A stretch of DNA of 25,668 bases from a virus (IMGVR_UViG_3300036904_000025:1-25668), one strand, 5' to 3'; shown: positions 9,399 through 17,679, counted from the first letter of the stretch. The notes: generated from the sequence alone by a model not told the origin. Numbers and translations: made by a program.

Positions 9399-9439
9399 GG
9401 TCACTCCTGGTTTTGTTTGATCAGTTCTTCTGGAACGTC

Positions 9440-9479
9440 GCCGGAGCGGGATTATCTCACCCGCTCCGGCTTCTTTGTT
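9440..9479 (+). terminator. 11-bp GC hairpin after the capsid gene, with its U-tract on the + strand
   Basis: GCCGGAGCGGG-ATTATCTCA-CCCGCTCCGGC followed by TTCTTTGTT on +. No U-tract on the coding strand. Confidence 0.6.
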
Positions 9480-9498
9480 GCTCTACGCGCTAGCCGGA

Positions 9499-11001
9499 TT
9501 AGCCGGCGGTGATGTTGTAGAGGACCGCCATCGACGGCGGGAAATAGTGCTGGAGCACCTGGTCGGCATAGACGCCATACTCGTACTTGCGCGAGCGGAG
9601 CGGCCATTCGATCTGGTAATATTCCCGACGACTGCGGATCTGCATGACGTTCCCCACATTGCTGAGGGGATAAGGCGTCACCTTCGTGGTCATCAGAATG
9701 CAGCCCGCCGGCATGTTCGGATGCACCTTGATGTCGATCACCTTCGCGCCGCCCATAGAGAAGCGGTTGAGATAGGTGCGCACCATCACGCCGCCGCCCA
9801 GGTCGCTCGGCTTCATCTCGAAGACGAAGCGCTGCGCGCCGGTGCTGCCACCGGCGAGAATCTTCTTCGAGATATCGAGAGCCTGTTGCGAGTTGACCCA
9901 CATGGTGTCCGGCGACAGCCGGTAATTGTCCCACATGGACTTCAGCGCCGTGTCGATCTGCGTCACACCGCCAGCATTGTCGCCGGTGAGCGTGCCGGCG
10001 ATGTTGGCCAGGTACGAGTTCGAGCCCGACTTGAAGGCCTGATAGATCAGGCCATCGAAGGCGAGAGCGTTCTTCGACCAGTCGGCCGACGGCAGAGAAG
10101 CCGCCGTCTGCGTGCCGGTTGCCGTCGCCGCGACCGTATAGGACGGCCCCGACGTGATGGCGCCCAGCAGCTCCGAGCCAGCCGCGCCCCAGAACCACGC
10201 ATAGCCCAGCGCGCCGACGACGTTGGTGACGGACGCAGTGATCGAATGCGTATTGTTGGAGTCGTTCGCGGTGGTGACGGTTTGGTTCGCCGACTTCTGC
10301 GCTGCGCCACCGCCGAAGGTGTCAGACGATCCGTCCGCATTGGTCCGGACGATATTCGCCTGGATGCCGCCCGCGACGGTGCCGTTGACGACCGCATCGA
10401 GGGTGAGCGCCACGCAGATCACGCTGAACTGCGTGTTGTAGGCGAGTGTGCCGCCGGTACCGACGTCGGCGAGCGTCGGCGTCGGCGTGGTGCCGAGAGC
10501 GACGGCCGTCGAGTTGCCGCCGAGGATCATCGGCTCTTCCTGCAGCATCAGGGCCTGGAGGCCGTTGAGAACTGCAAGAGAGCGGACGTCGTCGAAATTC
10601 TCGGCCGCGTACTCGGCTTCGAAGTCGACGTTGGTTTCCAGGCCGATACCGCGATAGGCAGCGATATAGTCCTGGGTCGTGACGGCGATGACGCCGCCGC
10701 GATTGCCGCCGGAGACGCCGGCGCGGACGCCACCGCTATTGATCGCGGTGATGGCCCGCCAGTTTGCCTGGATGCCGCCCTTGCCCGGTACGCGCGGGAT
10801 TTCGTTGCGGAGCGGCGTGAGGACCGGATAGAGCAGTTTCGCTCCCGGCTCGAGATCGTAGTACGTCAGACCCGACGTGGCGCTGCCGCTCTGCGAGAAC
10901 GTGCTCGCTTTGCCCAGTTCGCCGAAACGCGGATCCATGATCGGCTTGCTCTGCGAGGACTTCAACGCCTCCAGAGTTTGCCTGACGATGTTCACGTCCA
11001 T
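9499..11001 (-). CDS. Major capsid protein with an internal beta-rich insertion
   Basis: Follows the protease/scaffold gene; AAGGA RBS; YDLEPGAKLLYPVLTPLRNEIPRV, EEPMILGGN, FDGLI and PDTMWVN motifs; C-terminus YEYGVY...LYNITAG. Confidence 0.9.
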   Translation of the reverse strand: MDVNIVRQTLEALKSSQSKPIMDPRFGELGKASTFSQSGSATSGLTYYDLEPGAKLLYPVLTPLRNEIPRVPGKGGIQANWRAITAINSGGVRAGVSGGNRGGVIAVTTQDYIAAYRGIGLETNVDFEAEYAAENFDDVRSLAVLNGLQALMLQEEPMILGGNSTAVALGTTPTPTLADVGTGGTLAYNTQFSVICVALTLDAVVNGTVAGGIQANIVRTNADGSSDTFGGGAAQKSANQTVTTANDSNNTHSITASVTNVVGALGYAWFWGAAGSELLGAITSGPSYTVAATATGTQTAASLPSADWSKNALAFDGLIYQAFKSGSNSYLANIAGTLTGDNAGGVTQIDTALKSMWDNYRLSPDTMWVNSQQALDISKKILAGGSTGAQRFVFEMKPSDLGGGVMVRTYLNRFSMGGAKVIDIKVHPNMPAGCILMTTKVTPYPLSNVGNVMQIRSRREYYQIEWPLRSRKYEYGVYADQVLQHYFPPSMAVLYNITAG

Positions 11002-11055
11002 TTTCGGTTTTCCTTGTTTGGTGGGATCGAGTCATCGCGTGCCGGGCCGTCGCAA

Positions 11056-11172
11056 ATCACCGTCGCCGGCGATGCGCGCGCAGCTGCTCGATCGCGCACC
11101 GTCCCCGGCGCGCGCCTTGCCGACGCTGTCTCTCGAATGGTTGCTTAGTGCGAGCGACCGTCCCCGGCCGCT
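11056..11172 (-). promoter_or_regulatory. Three GCCG-GNGA-CGGT hairpins in the capsid mRNA leader
   Basis: Hairpins at 11153-11172, 11093-11114 and 11056-11073, each with a GNRA loop, the same G-U pair and different outer stems. Confidence 0.65.
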
Positions 11173-11178
11173 ATTTCA

Positions 11179-13305
11179 TCACCGGTTCGGACCGAAGCCC
11201 GAGATCGGATTCTGTTGCGCGCGTTTGATGAGGCCTTGCGCGAGATTCTTCAGCTTGGCGTCGTCGAGGCCGTCGAGGAATTTGTCGACGTCAAGGCCGG
11301 ACATCGGATTGTCGCCACCGAGCGGCACTGCCTCGCCGTTCTTGCCGATCGACAACAGCGCGCGCGGCGGGATGACAGCAGGCTGAGCCTCGATGCGGAT
11401 CACGCGCTCGCTGATATCCTTGAGCAGCGGCACGAGATCGCCGAACTGTTTCACAAGCGCATCGCGTTCAGCGCTGACCGTCGTGACCTGCGCGCTGAGC
11501 TTCGCCATTTTCTCGGTCTCGCCGTCTTCCTCTTCGCCGCCCTTGCACTCGGCGCCGAGTTCGACGAGCGTGTCATGTGCCTTGTTCAGAAGCTCCATGT
11601 CACCCTTCGAATGGCGGGCGCCGGCCTTGGCGAGGACAGTCGCGGCCGCGAATTTCAGCAGGCCAATGATGGTCGCACCGCGCTCCATCACGTCTTCGAC
11701 TTTTTCGCCGGCCTCGGCTTCCTCCTCGGCCGTGATCGCGTTCACGGCATGATCGAGGATGGCCGCAACAAGGTCCGCGAAGTTGACCAGCACCGTGCCG
11801 AATTCGCGACACAGCTCTTCCCGCTCCGGATCGGCGGCGCCCCAGCGCGTGAGATATTCGTAATCCTCCTCCCACTGCTCTAGCTGCGCGAGCAGGCCGA
11901 CGATGCCTTGCACGAAGAACATGTTTTTGGTCACCGCACCCTTGGCGCCGGCGACCAGGATTGTCTTCTTCGTATCTTTCTCTTTCTTGCCCTTGGTGCT
12001 GCCGCGCCAATCCTCCGGCAACTCATCGGTGGCATCGAGCGCCTTCGCGCGCTTGATGATGTGGCGCTTGGTGGCTGCCTTGTTCTTTGCACGTCCGAAT
12101 GCATCGATCGCATCCTTCAGCGCGGCCTTGTCGGGGATCGGATAGCCGCCATCCTTCATGGCCACGCCTTCCTTGGCATATTTCTTCCGCTCCTCGTCGC
12201 TGAATTCGCGCTTGCCGAGCGTGCCGACTTTGGCAACATCGGCCGCAAATTCGCGGATGGCTTTTTCAAGATCGGCCGAGATGACCGGCTTGCCGTCGGC
12301 GCCGACAGTGAGCGGCGGCAACAGCGCAACACGCTTCGACAAGTCATGATCGGGCTGCACGGCGAAGAACTTCACGGCGCCTTCGAATAGCGGCGCGTCA
12401 TCGCGCGCGCGGACGATGGCCGTCGTTGCGATTGCGAGCTGCGCCACCGTCATCTTCGCATCGCGTTTGTTGAGTTCGACCGTCAGGCCTTTGAGCGCAT
12501 CGACAACCGGAGCGGCAACAGCTGTCGCGGCGGCAGTGCCGGCCTTTTTGGCCAGCGCATCGCGCATGGCCGCCTTGGTATCGAACATCTCGCCCGGGAG
12601 GTCCGGATGCACGATCACCTGGCGCGCCTGATCATCGCCCGGAACGTCACCGTGCTTCAGCTTGCCGACGCTGCCTTCTGCGATCAGCTCGGCGCGTGCC
12701 GCCTCGATAAAGTCCGGCCATTTGCTAGAGCCGCCGGCTGCGGCGAGCTTCATGGCGCGTTCGGCGACGACGCCGGCAGGCGGCTCGACGGTCGGCGCCG
12801 CGGTGACGAACTTGCGCAGTTCGGTCGTTCCGTCGGCTTTGATCGCCGAGAACGTCGCCGTCGCGATGCAGGGGTTGTCGACGAGCGACACCTCGGCCGG
12901 GTCGGCGGTATAGCGCTTCACGCCGTCCTGGCCCGGATCGTCCCAGCGCTTCACATACCGGCCGCCGATCGAGAAACCGGTATAGACGCCCTTGTCGACC
13001 TTCTCCCACTCGGCCGCATCGACCACGTGGGCGCATGTCTCGATCTTGCGCGCATCGTCATTGAAGACGATATCGGTGAGCTTGCCCGCCGCGATCGGCT
13101 GATGCATCGCGCGCAGATTGCCCACGCTCTTGCCGTCCGTGTTCTTCGCTATCTCGCCCGACCATTTTTCGAAGAACGGCTTCGACGTCGCGTAATCGAA
13201 GATCTCCTTCGACTTGTCGACAACCTCTTCCGCCATGGTGCCGTAGACGAGACGCTTGGCGACGTCGATCTTGGTGATCGGAACAAAGATTCTAAGATTG
13301 TCCAC
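11179..13305 (-). CDS. Prohead protease (XkdF/S78-like) fused to scaffold, with an internal DUF6582-like domain
   Basis: AAAGGAG RBS and GTG start; KIDVAKRLVYG, LRAMHQ, TGFSIGG and EVSLVDNP motifs; long helical C-terminal region. Confidence 0.9.
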   Translation of the reverse strand: MDNLRIFVPITKIDVAKRLVYGTMAEEVVDKSKEIFDYATSKPFFEKWSGEIAKNTDGKSVGNLRAMHQPIAAGKLTDIVFNDDARKIETCAHVVDAAEWEKVDKGVYTGFSIGGRYVKRWDDPGQDGVKRYTADPAEVSLVDNPCIATATFSAIKADGTTELRKFVTAAPTVEPPAGVVAERAMKLAAAGGSSKWPDFIEAARAELIAEGSVGKLKHGDVPGDDQARQVIVHPDLPGEMFDTKAAMRDALAKKAGTAAATAVAAPVVDALKGLTVELNKRDAKMTVAQLAIATTAIVRARDDAPLFEGAVKFFAVQPDHDLSKRVALLPPLTVGADGKPVISADLEKAIREFAADVAKVGTLGKREFSDEERKKYAKEGVAMKDGGYPIPDKAALKDAIDAFGRAKNKAATKRHIIKRAKALDATDELPEDWRGSTKGKKEKDTKKTILVAGAKGAVTKNMFFVQGIVGLLAQLEQWEEDYEYLTRWGAADPEREELCREFGTVLVNFADLVAAILDHAVNAITAEEEAEAGEKVEDVMERGATIIGLLKFAAATVLAKAGARHSKGDMELLNKAHDTLVELGAECKGGEEEDGETEKMAKLSAQVTTVSAERDALVKQFGDLVPLLKDISERVIRIEAQPAVIPPRALLSIGKNGEAVPLGGDNPMSGLDVDKFLDGLDDAKLKNLAQGLIKRAQQNPISGFGPNR

Positions 13306-13371
13306 AGTGTTCTCCTTTGGACATAGCGGCGCGCCGCCGGTGAGCGTGTGATTGCGGTCTTTTCTGCCACA

Positions 13372-13725
13372 TCAATTGATGGACTCGTCCGTGACGAATT
13401 CGGGTAGGTCAGGTAGTGGCACAGTCTTCCCGGCGAGCACGTGCAGACTATCGCCGCAGAATTTCAGTTCGCCGGCGTGCAGGAAGTAGTGGCAGCAATC
13501 GTCAACGGCATTTCCGGCCGCATCGCGGACCCATTCACCGGTCCACCGGCCGTTGACGACGACCGTCTTTTTGCCCGTGATCTTGACGCTCGGATTGAAC
13601 GTCGGCTTCGCCAGATTGCCGTCGAATTGCCAATTGTCGAAGATGACGTGCATCTGCTCGCAGCCCGGGCACCAATGGGCGTAACCGCGATCGACGCGCC
13701 TGAGCTTCGCGCTGACCTGGCCCAT
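13372..13725 (-). CDS. DUF6527-family protein
   Basis: HWCPGC..H...WQFDGNLAKPTFNPSV...CCHYFLHAGELKFCGDSLH.LAGKTVPLP. Confidence 0.8.
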   Translation of the reverse strand: MGQVSAKLRRVDRGYAHWCPGCEQMHVIFDNWQFDGNLAKPTFNPSVKITGKKTVVVNGRWTGEWVRDAAGNAVDDCCHYFLHAGELKFCGDSLHVLAGKTVPLPDLPEFVTDESIN

Positions 13726-14196
13726 TTAGCCCTGCACCAACACGCCGTTGCGTAGGAAGCCGTGCCACTTCATGTCATCCATGAAGAACGAGCCAGCGCC
13801 CGCGCTGCAGGTGTTGCCGTCTTTCCCGACGGTAAGTTTTTTGCCGAACGTGCCCTTGCGCACCCAGCAACGATGATCCTTGTCGTCGGGCCTCGTGCAA
13901 TTGCTGGCGCGGTAATCGATGTACCAGTGATGCCGGCTGTCAGGACCGCTGTTGCCGATGCACACGCAGGCGATTGACAGACCATCGGCGCCCGTGGGCG
14001 GCCAACCATTAGGCGGCGCATCTGGCGCGCGCTCGATCGAGTAGAGCGCGCCGATCGGCAGCTCGCCGGCGAGTCTCTGTTCGCCGGTCTCGATGTTGCG
14101 AAAGATGGTCGTGCGGCCTCGCGCTTTCCCCGATGGCAAATCGACCCAATCAGTCTGGCCGACGCGTTCCCACCAGGTGCACACGTAATTGGTCAT
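13726..14196 (-). CDS. Cys/His-rich protein, C-terminus distantly DUF6527-like
   Basis: GAGG RBS before ATG 14196; WYIDYRASNC...HRCWVRKG...LTVGKDGNTCSAGAGS...WHGFLRNGVL; its stop abuts the next ATG. Confidence 0.7.
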   Translation of the reverse strand: MTNYVCTWWERVGQTDWVDLPSGKARGRTTIFRNIETGEQRLAGELPIGALYSIERAPDAPPNGWPPTGADGLSIACVCIGNSGPDSRHHWYIDYRASNCTRPDDKDHRCWVRKGTFGKKLTVGKDGNTCSAGAGSFFMDDMKWHGFLRNGVLVQG

Positions 14197-14200
14197 CGAC

Positions 14201-17200
14201 CTATTCCTCGACGTCGTAGACCAGTGTGCACCTGCAGCGCGGATGGCCCGGCGGCGCATCGTCGCCGCTCGTGAATTCGTCCTCGAGTTCGAGCGGCCCG
14301 TCGTCTTCGTTTGGCGCGCAGATGTCCTCGTCGACGAGGTCGTCGCCGGCCGTGAGCCACAGCTTCTTCATGCCGAGATTCTGGCCGTCGCGCGCTCCGG
14401 TCGCGGCGATCAGTGAGGACTGATTGTTGGCACGGGTTATTTCAGTTCGCGCGATCAGCTCCGCGCGGTCGGCCGAGAACGCCGTCGACTCCTGCAGGCT
14501 GTCGATGATCTCGCCGATCGGCAGATTGTTTTCGAGGCTGTCGGCTAGGTTCGCGCGGATCATGTCGCGCGTTGCATCATCGATCCGATATTCAGCACGC
14601 TTGGCGTCGACGAGGTTGCCGTCGGCGTCATAGCGCTTGCCGACCATCTCGGCAGAGCGCGCCCGGGCCCATGCGGCCACACGCTCATTGACCTGGTCGA
14701 CGAGATCGCTTTGATCCGTGACGCCGATCTGCGCGAGGATCCCGCGGGCAGAGTCTTCGCCCACGCCGGTGAGCATTTCCTCCGTCACGGCAGCGAGAGC
14801 ATCCATGCCGCTCAGATCTAGCGACATCGCAATCGTGTTTGCGGTCGATTGCGCGACCGCTGCGTCGACGGGATCGGGCTTGCCATCCTCGTCGTCGCTG
14901 TCGGCCTTGCCGAGTTTCTTAAGTTTGGCCTTAACCTGACCAGCTACGTCGTCGCTGAGGGCCTTGAGCACCTTGCCGACCGCGGCCGTCATGGCCACCG
15001 TGCCCTTGCGCATCGCTGGCCGATTGTAGCGAAGCGTGGCGATCCGCTTCGCCGCTTTTGCCAAGACGAAAGGGCGGCCGGTTTTACCAGCCCCCTTTTC
15101 GGTTACGTCGTCTTGCCAATTGTCTTTCACTTCGGCGAATTGCTCAGCGCCGAACTCGAGCGGTCCATCGTAAGGCTCGACAGCCGAGAGATCGACGTCG
15201 TCGCCCTGATAGGTGATTGTCACGTGCGGCCGGAAGCTATCATGATCCCATGACGCGCCGATGTCGCGGAACTGTTGCCAGCGCTTCGCCAGCTCGACGG
15301 ACTCGAAGCGCAGTACGACCGCGCCTTTGTCGCCGAGCTTTTCCACCGAGCGTCGGCCGTTCTTCTGTTCGGACGATCGCGGGACGATCAAGGTATCGAA
15401 GTGGTCGCCGGCGTCGCTCCAATCGACCTTCGCTTTGCTGAAGGCGATCGTGACGTGCATGTCATCAGGCGTGAGCGTTTTGCCGAAGCCTTGCGCCTTT
15501 GCCCATTCGATCACGTCGTCAGCGTTAGTGAGCGGCCGCATCACATACAGCGTGCGCTTCGCATCCTTGCTGAGCGACGCCGCGGCCCGCATATCGCGCA
15601 GATCGAAGACTTTGTCGGCGGCTTTCGGGGGCGTTTTCTTCGGCGCCTTTGCCGGCGGCTGCTTACCTGATTGCGGCTTTGGGGCAGACGAGGCCTGTCC
15701 CTCTGCGCCGGGCTCTTCGCCTGTACCACCTACAGTATCATCGTCGTCTTTTCCGCCTGCAGGCGCGGCAATCGGCTTGCCATCAGACCCGACAAGCTGT
15801 GGCGCCAGCGTCTGCATGGCGTTGAGCTTGCCTTCGACGGTGAGCGCGCCGATCGGCACGAAGCCGTTCGCGGTCTGCACCATAGGAACATCGGCGGCCG
15901 GATCATCGACCGGATCTTCGCCGAGGCGATCGCGCGCTTCATTCACTGACAGCACGGCCGACTTGACATAGCCAGTCAAGATCGTCTGCTGTTTCTCAGG
16001 ATCGACCTCGCGGTCGTCTTTCCATTTGAATTCTAGATCCGGGCTGGCAAAGCCATCGGGACTCTCGATGATGTCGTCGATCCATCCCTTAACGAAGCTT
16101 TGAAGCGGAGCGAGGCCTTCCTCGAGCGCCGCGTCGTGTGCACTCTCGGCCTGCTTGCCGCCACCCATCCCGCGCGCCTGGATGAACGGCGCGACGTCGA
16201 CAGAGAAGGCGTAGCACGTGATGCGCGCAAGCCACTCGTCGAAGATACCCTTCAGTTCTGGGTCTTTGGTCTGGATGAAGGTCTTGCCGACACCGCCAGG
16301 CACAAACTTGGCGTGACGGCGCTGCGCGAGATTGCCCTCGAGCATCGCATCCCAGTTGGCCTGGAACGCGGCGATCTGTTCTGGCGTCCAATTGTCGGGG
16401 GCGCCGATCAGCGCCTCAGGCACGTTGCCTTCGGTGAAATATTGCAGCGTGAACAGCTGACGGCGCAGTGCGATGTTGACCGTCATCACGATCTGTTCGA
16501 CCGGGCTAAAGCCGTAGGCTTTATGCACACGCCGATTGCGCGGGCGGTAGAGCATGTCGCGCGTCGTGTAATCGAGCGCCGGCAGGCCCTTAAGCACCTG
16601 CTGATATGCCGGAATCGGCGGCTCAGGCGTCATGCCCCAGTCGTCGATCACGCGCTTGATGGTTGCGCCGTCGACGACCCGCAAGCCGATAAGCTGGCCA
16701 CCGCGCGATCGCTCGCAGAACAAGGTCGGCGCATCGATGATGAGCACATCGTCGAGCACCATGCGCAGCCAATCATTCCACCGGTGGTGGCGATCAGGAC
16801 GGTTGAAAAACGCCGTGATGAGAGCGGAACGTTTCTCCAGCCCAGCGGGCGCGCTTGTCTTGCCTTCGACGATACTCTCGTCTTTCGGAACGATATTCCA
16901 TTCCATGCGCGAGAGCTGATCTTTGCGCGTCTCGATGATCAGCGCGAGCAGATCGTATGTCTGCGCTAGCGCACGCAGCTCGCCAAAGCCGACGGCCTCG
17001 TAAGCACGGGGCCGAACGATCGTGTTGAAACTGACCGGGTAGTCCCAGACGCGGCCGCGCACTTCCGGCGGAGCGATGGGCGCAAGCGGGTTTTGCGGGC
17101 CGAACCAATCGGCGCCGGTGCCCTGCGTGATGCCGACGCTGGTGCGAAGGTTCACCTTCACGTCATAGGGCGACGTGAGCGGAATGATCGCGGCCGCTTT

Positions 17201-17227
17201 TGAATCGCGCGCTACCGGATCGGCCAT
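14201..17227 (-). CDS. Portal protein fused to an Acb1-like 2H phosphoesterase and a MuF (SPP1 gp7-like) minor head domain
   Basis: Portal motifs VDGATIKR, YGFSPVE, FTEGNVP and SVNEARDRLG; two HVT motifs (MHVTIAFS, PHVTITY); MuF motifs RAELIARTE, KKLWLTAGD and PPGHPRCRC. One uninterrupted frame. Confidence 0.92.
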   Translation of the reverse strand: MADPVARDSKAAAIIPLTSPYDVKVNLRTSVGITQGTGADWFGPQNPLAPIAPPEVRGRVWDYPVSFNTIVRPRAYEAVGFGELRALAQTYDLLALIIETRKDQLSRMEWNIVPKDESIVEGKTSAPAGLEKRSALITAFFNRPDRHHRWNDWLRMVLDDVLIIDAPTLFCERSRGGQLIGLRVVDGATIKRVIDDWGMTPEPPIPAYQQVLKGLPALDYTTRDMLYRPRNRRVHKAYGFSPVEQIVMTVNIALRRQLFTLQYFTEGNVPEALIGAPDNWTPEQIAAFQANWDAMLEGNLAQRRHAKFVPGGVGKTFIQTKDPELKGIFDEWLARITCYAFSVDVAPFIQARGMGGGKQAESAHDAALEEGLAPLQSFVKGWIDDIIESPDGFASPDLEFKWKDDREVDPEKQQTILTGYVKSAVLSVNEARDRLGEDPVDDPAADVPMVQTANGFVPIGALTVEGKLNAMQTLAPQLVGSDGKPIAAPAGGKDDDDTVGGTGEEPGAEGQASSAPKPQSGKQPPAKAPKKTPPKAADKVFDLRDMRAAASLSKDAKRTLYVMRPLTNADDVIEWAKAQGFGKTLTPDDMHVTIAFSKAKVDWSDAGDHFDTLIVPRSSEQKNGRRSVEKLGDKGAVVLRFESVELAKRWQQFRDIGASWDHDSFRPHVTITYQGDDVDLSAVEPYDGPLEFGAEQFAEVKDNWQDDVTEKGAGKTGRPFVLAKAAKRIATLRYNRPAMRKGTVAMTAAVGKVLKALSDDVAGQVKAKLKKLGKADSDDEDGKPDPVDAAVAQSTANTIAMSLDLSGMDALAAVTEEMLTGVGEDSARGILAQIGVTDQSDLVDQVNERVAAWARARSAEMVGKRYDADGNLVDAKRAEYRIDDATRDMIRANLADSLENNLPIGEIIDSLQESTAFSADRAELIARTEITRANNQSSLIAATGARDGQNLGMKKLWLTAGDDLVDEDICAPNEDDGPLELEDEFTSGDDAPPGHPRCRCTLVYDVEE

Positions 17228-17535
17228 TCATCGTCCCCGATTACTGGCGATTGGCCATGGCGCGCGTGCGCTCGGTCTCGACCTGGCGCACGGCCGACTT
17301 CCCATGTGACCGGCAGATTGACGTCCATCTTGCCTTTGTCGTTTGCGCTTTGCGCCAGCAACGATGACTGCACGTTATTGAAACCGGTCGCCGTCTGCTC
17401 GAACACAGCAACCGGAAACGACAGCTTCACTTCGCTATCGCCGGCAGTCGCGAAGGTGACGTCGATCGTCGTCTTGTCTTCCGACAGCGTGAATGCGCGC
17501 AATCCCACGATTGGGAATTTCAGATCGAAGCTCAT
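17212..17535 (-). CDS. Hypothetical protein, 3' end possibly disrupted
   Basis: GGAG RBS before MSFDLKFP; protein-like up to VTWEVGRAP, then an atypical tail overlapping the portal start. Confidence 0.6.
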   Translation of the reverse strand: MSFDLKFPIVGLRAFTLSEDKTTIDVTFATAGDSEVKLSFPVAVFEQTATGFNNVQSSLLAQSANDKGKMDVNLPVTWEVGRAPGRDRAHARHGQSPVIGDDEWPIR

Positions 17536-17557
17536 GAGCACTCCGCGAGAGAGGGAA

Positions 17558-17590
17558 GCGACCCCGCTGGCCTGTAAACAGCGGGGCCGC
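17558..17590 (-). terminator. 12-bp hairpin with a pyrimidine tract (weak terminator or attenuator candidate)
   Basis: GCGGCCCCGCTG-TTTACAGGC-CAGCGGGGTCGC followed by TTCCCTCTCTC on the minus strand. Confidence 0.45.
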
Positions 17591-17679
17591 CGATCCGCCG
17601 ATCAATTCCAGATCACGGGCGCCTGGTGCCCAGAAGCCCGCACCAAGTTTCCGCGCCGGAACGGCAGAACTTGACTGCG

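Noticed and set aside
9475-11148. 557-aa + strand ORF and other long + strand ORFs (e.g. 3570..4664, 16100..16969, 19903..20679)
   Set aside because: Antisense shadows of GC-biased real genes; Arg-rich with no recognisable motifs.
11036-11172. Mini-CRISPR interpretation of the leader repeats
   Set aside because: Only a ~12-nt core is shared, spacing is irregular and there are no cas genes.
14201-14420. MuF C-terminal toxin
   Set aside because: The protein ends a few residues after HPRCRC; the cargo domain lies N-terminal to MuF instead.
17594-17668. tRNA interpretation of the cloverleaf-like fold
   Set aside because: No T-loop GTTCRA, D-loop consensus or proper anticodon arm.
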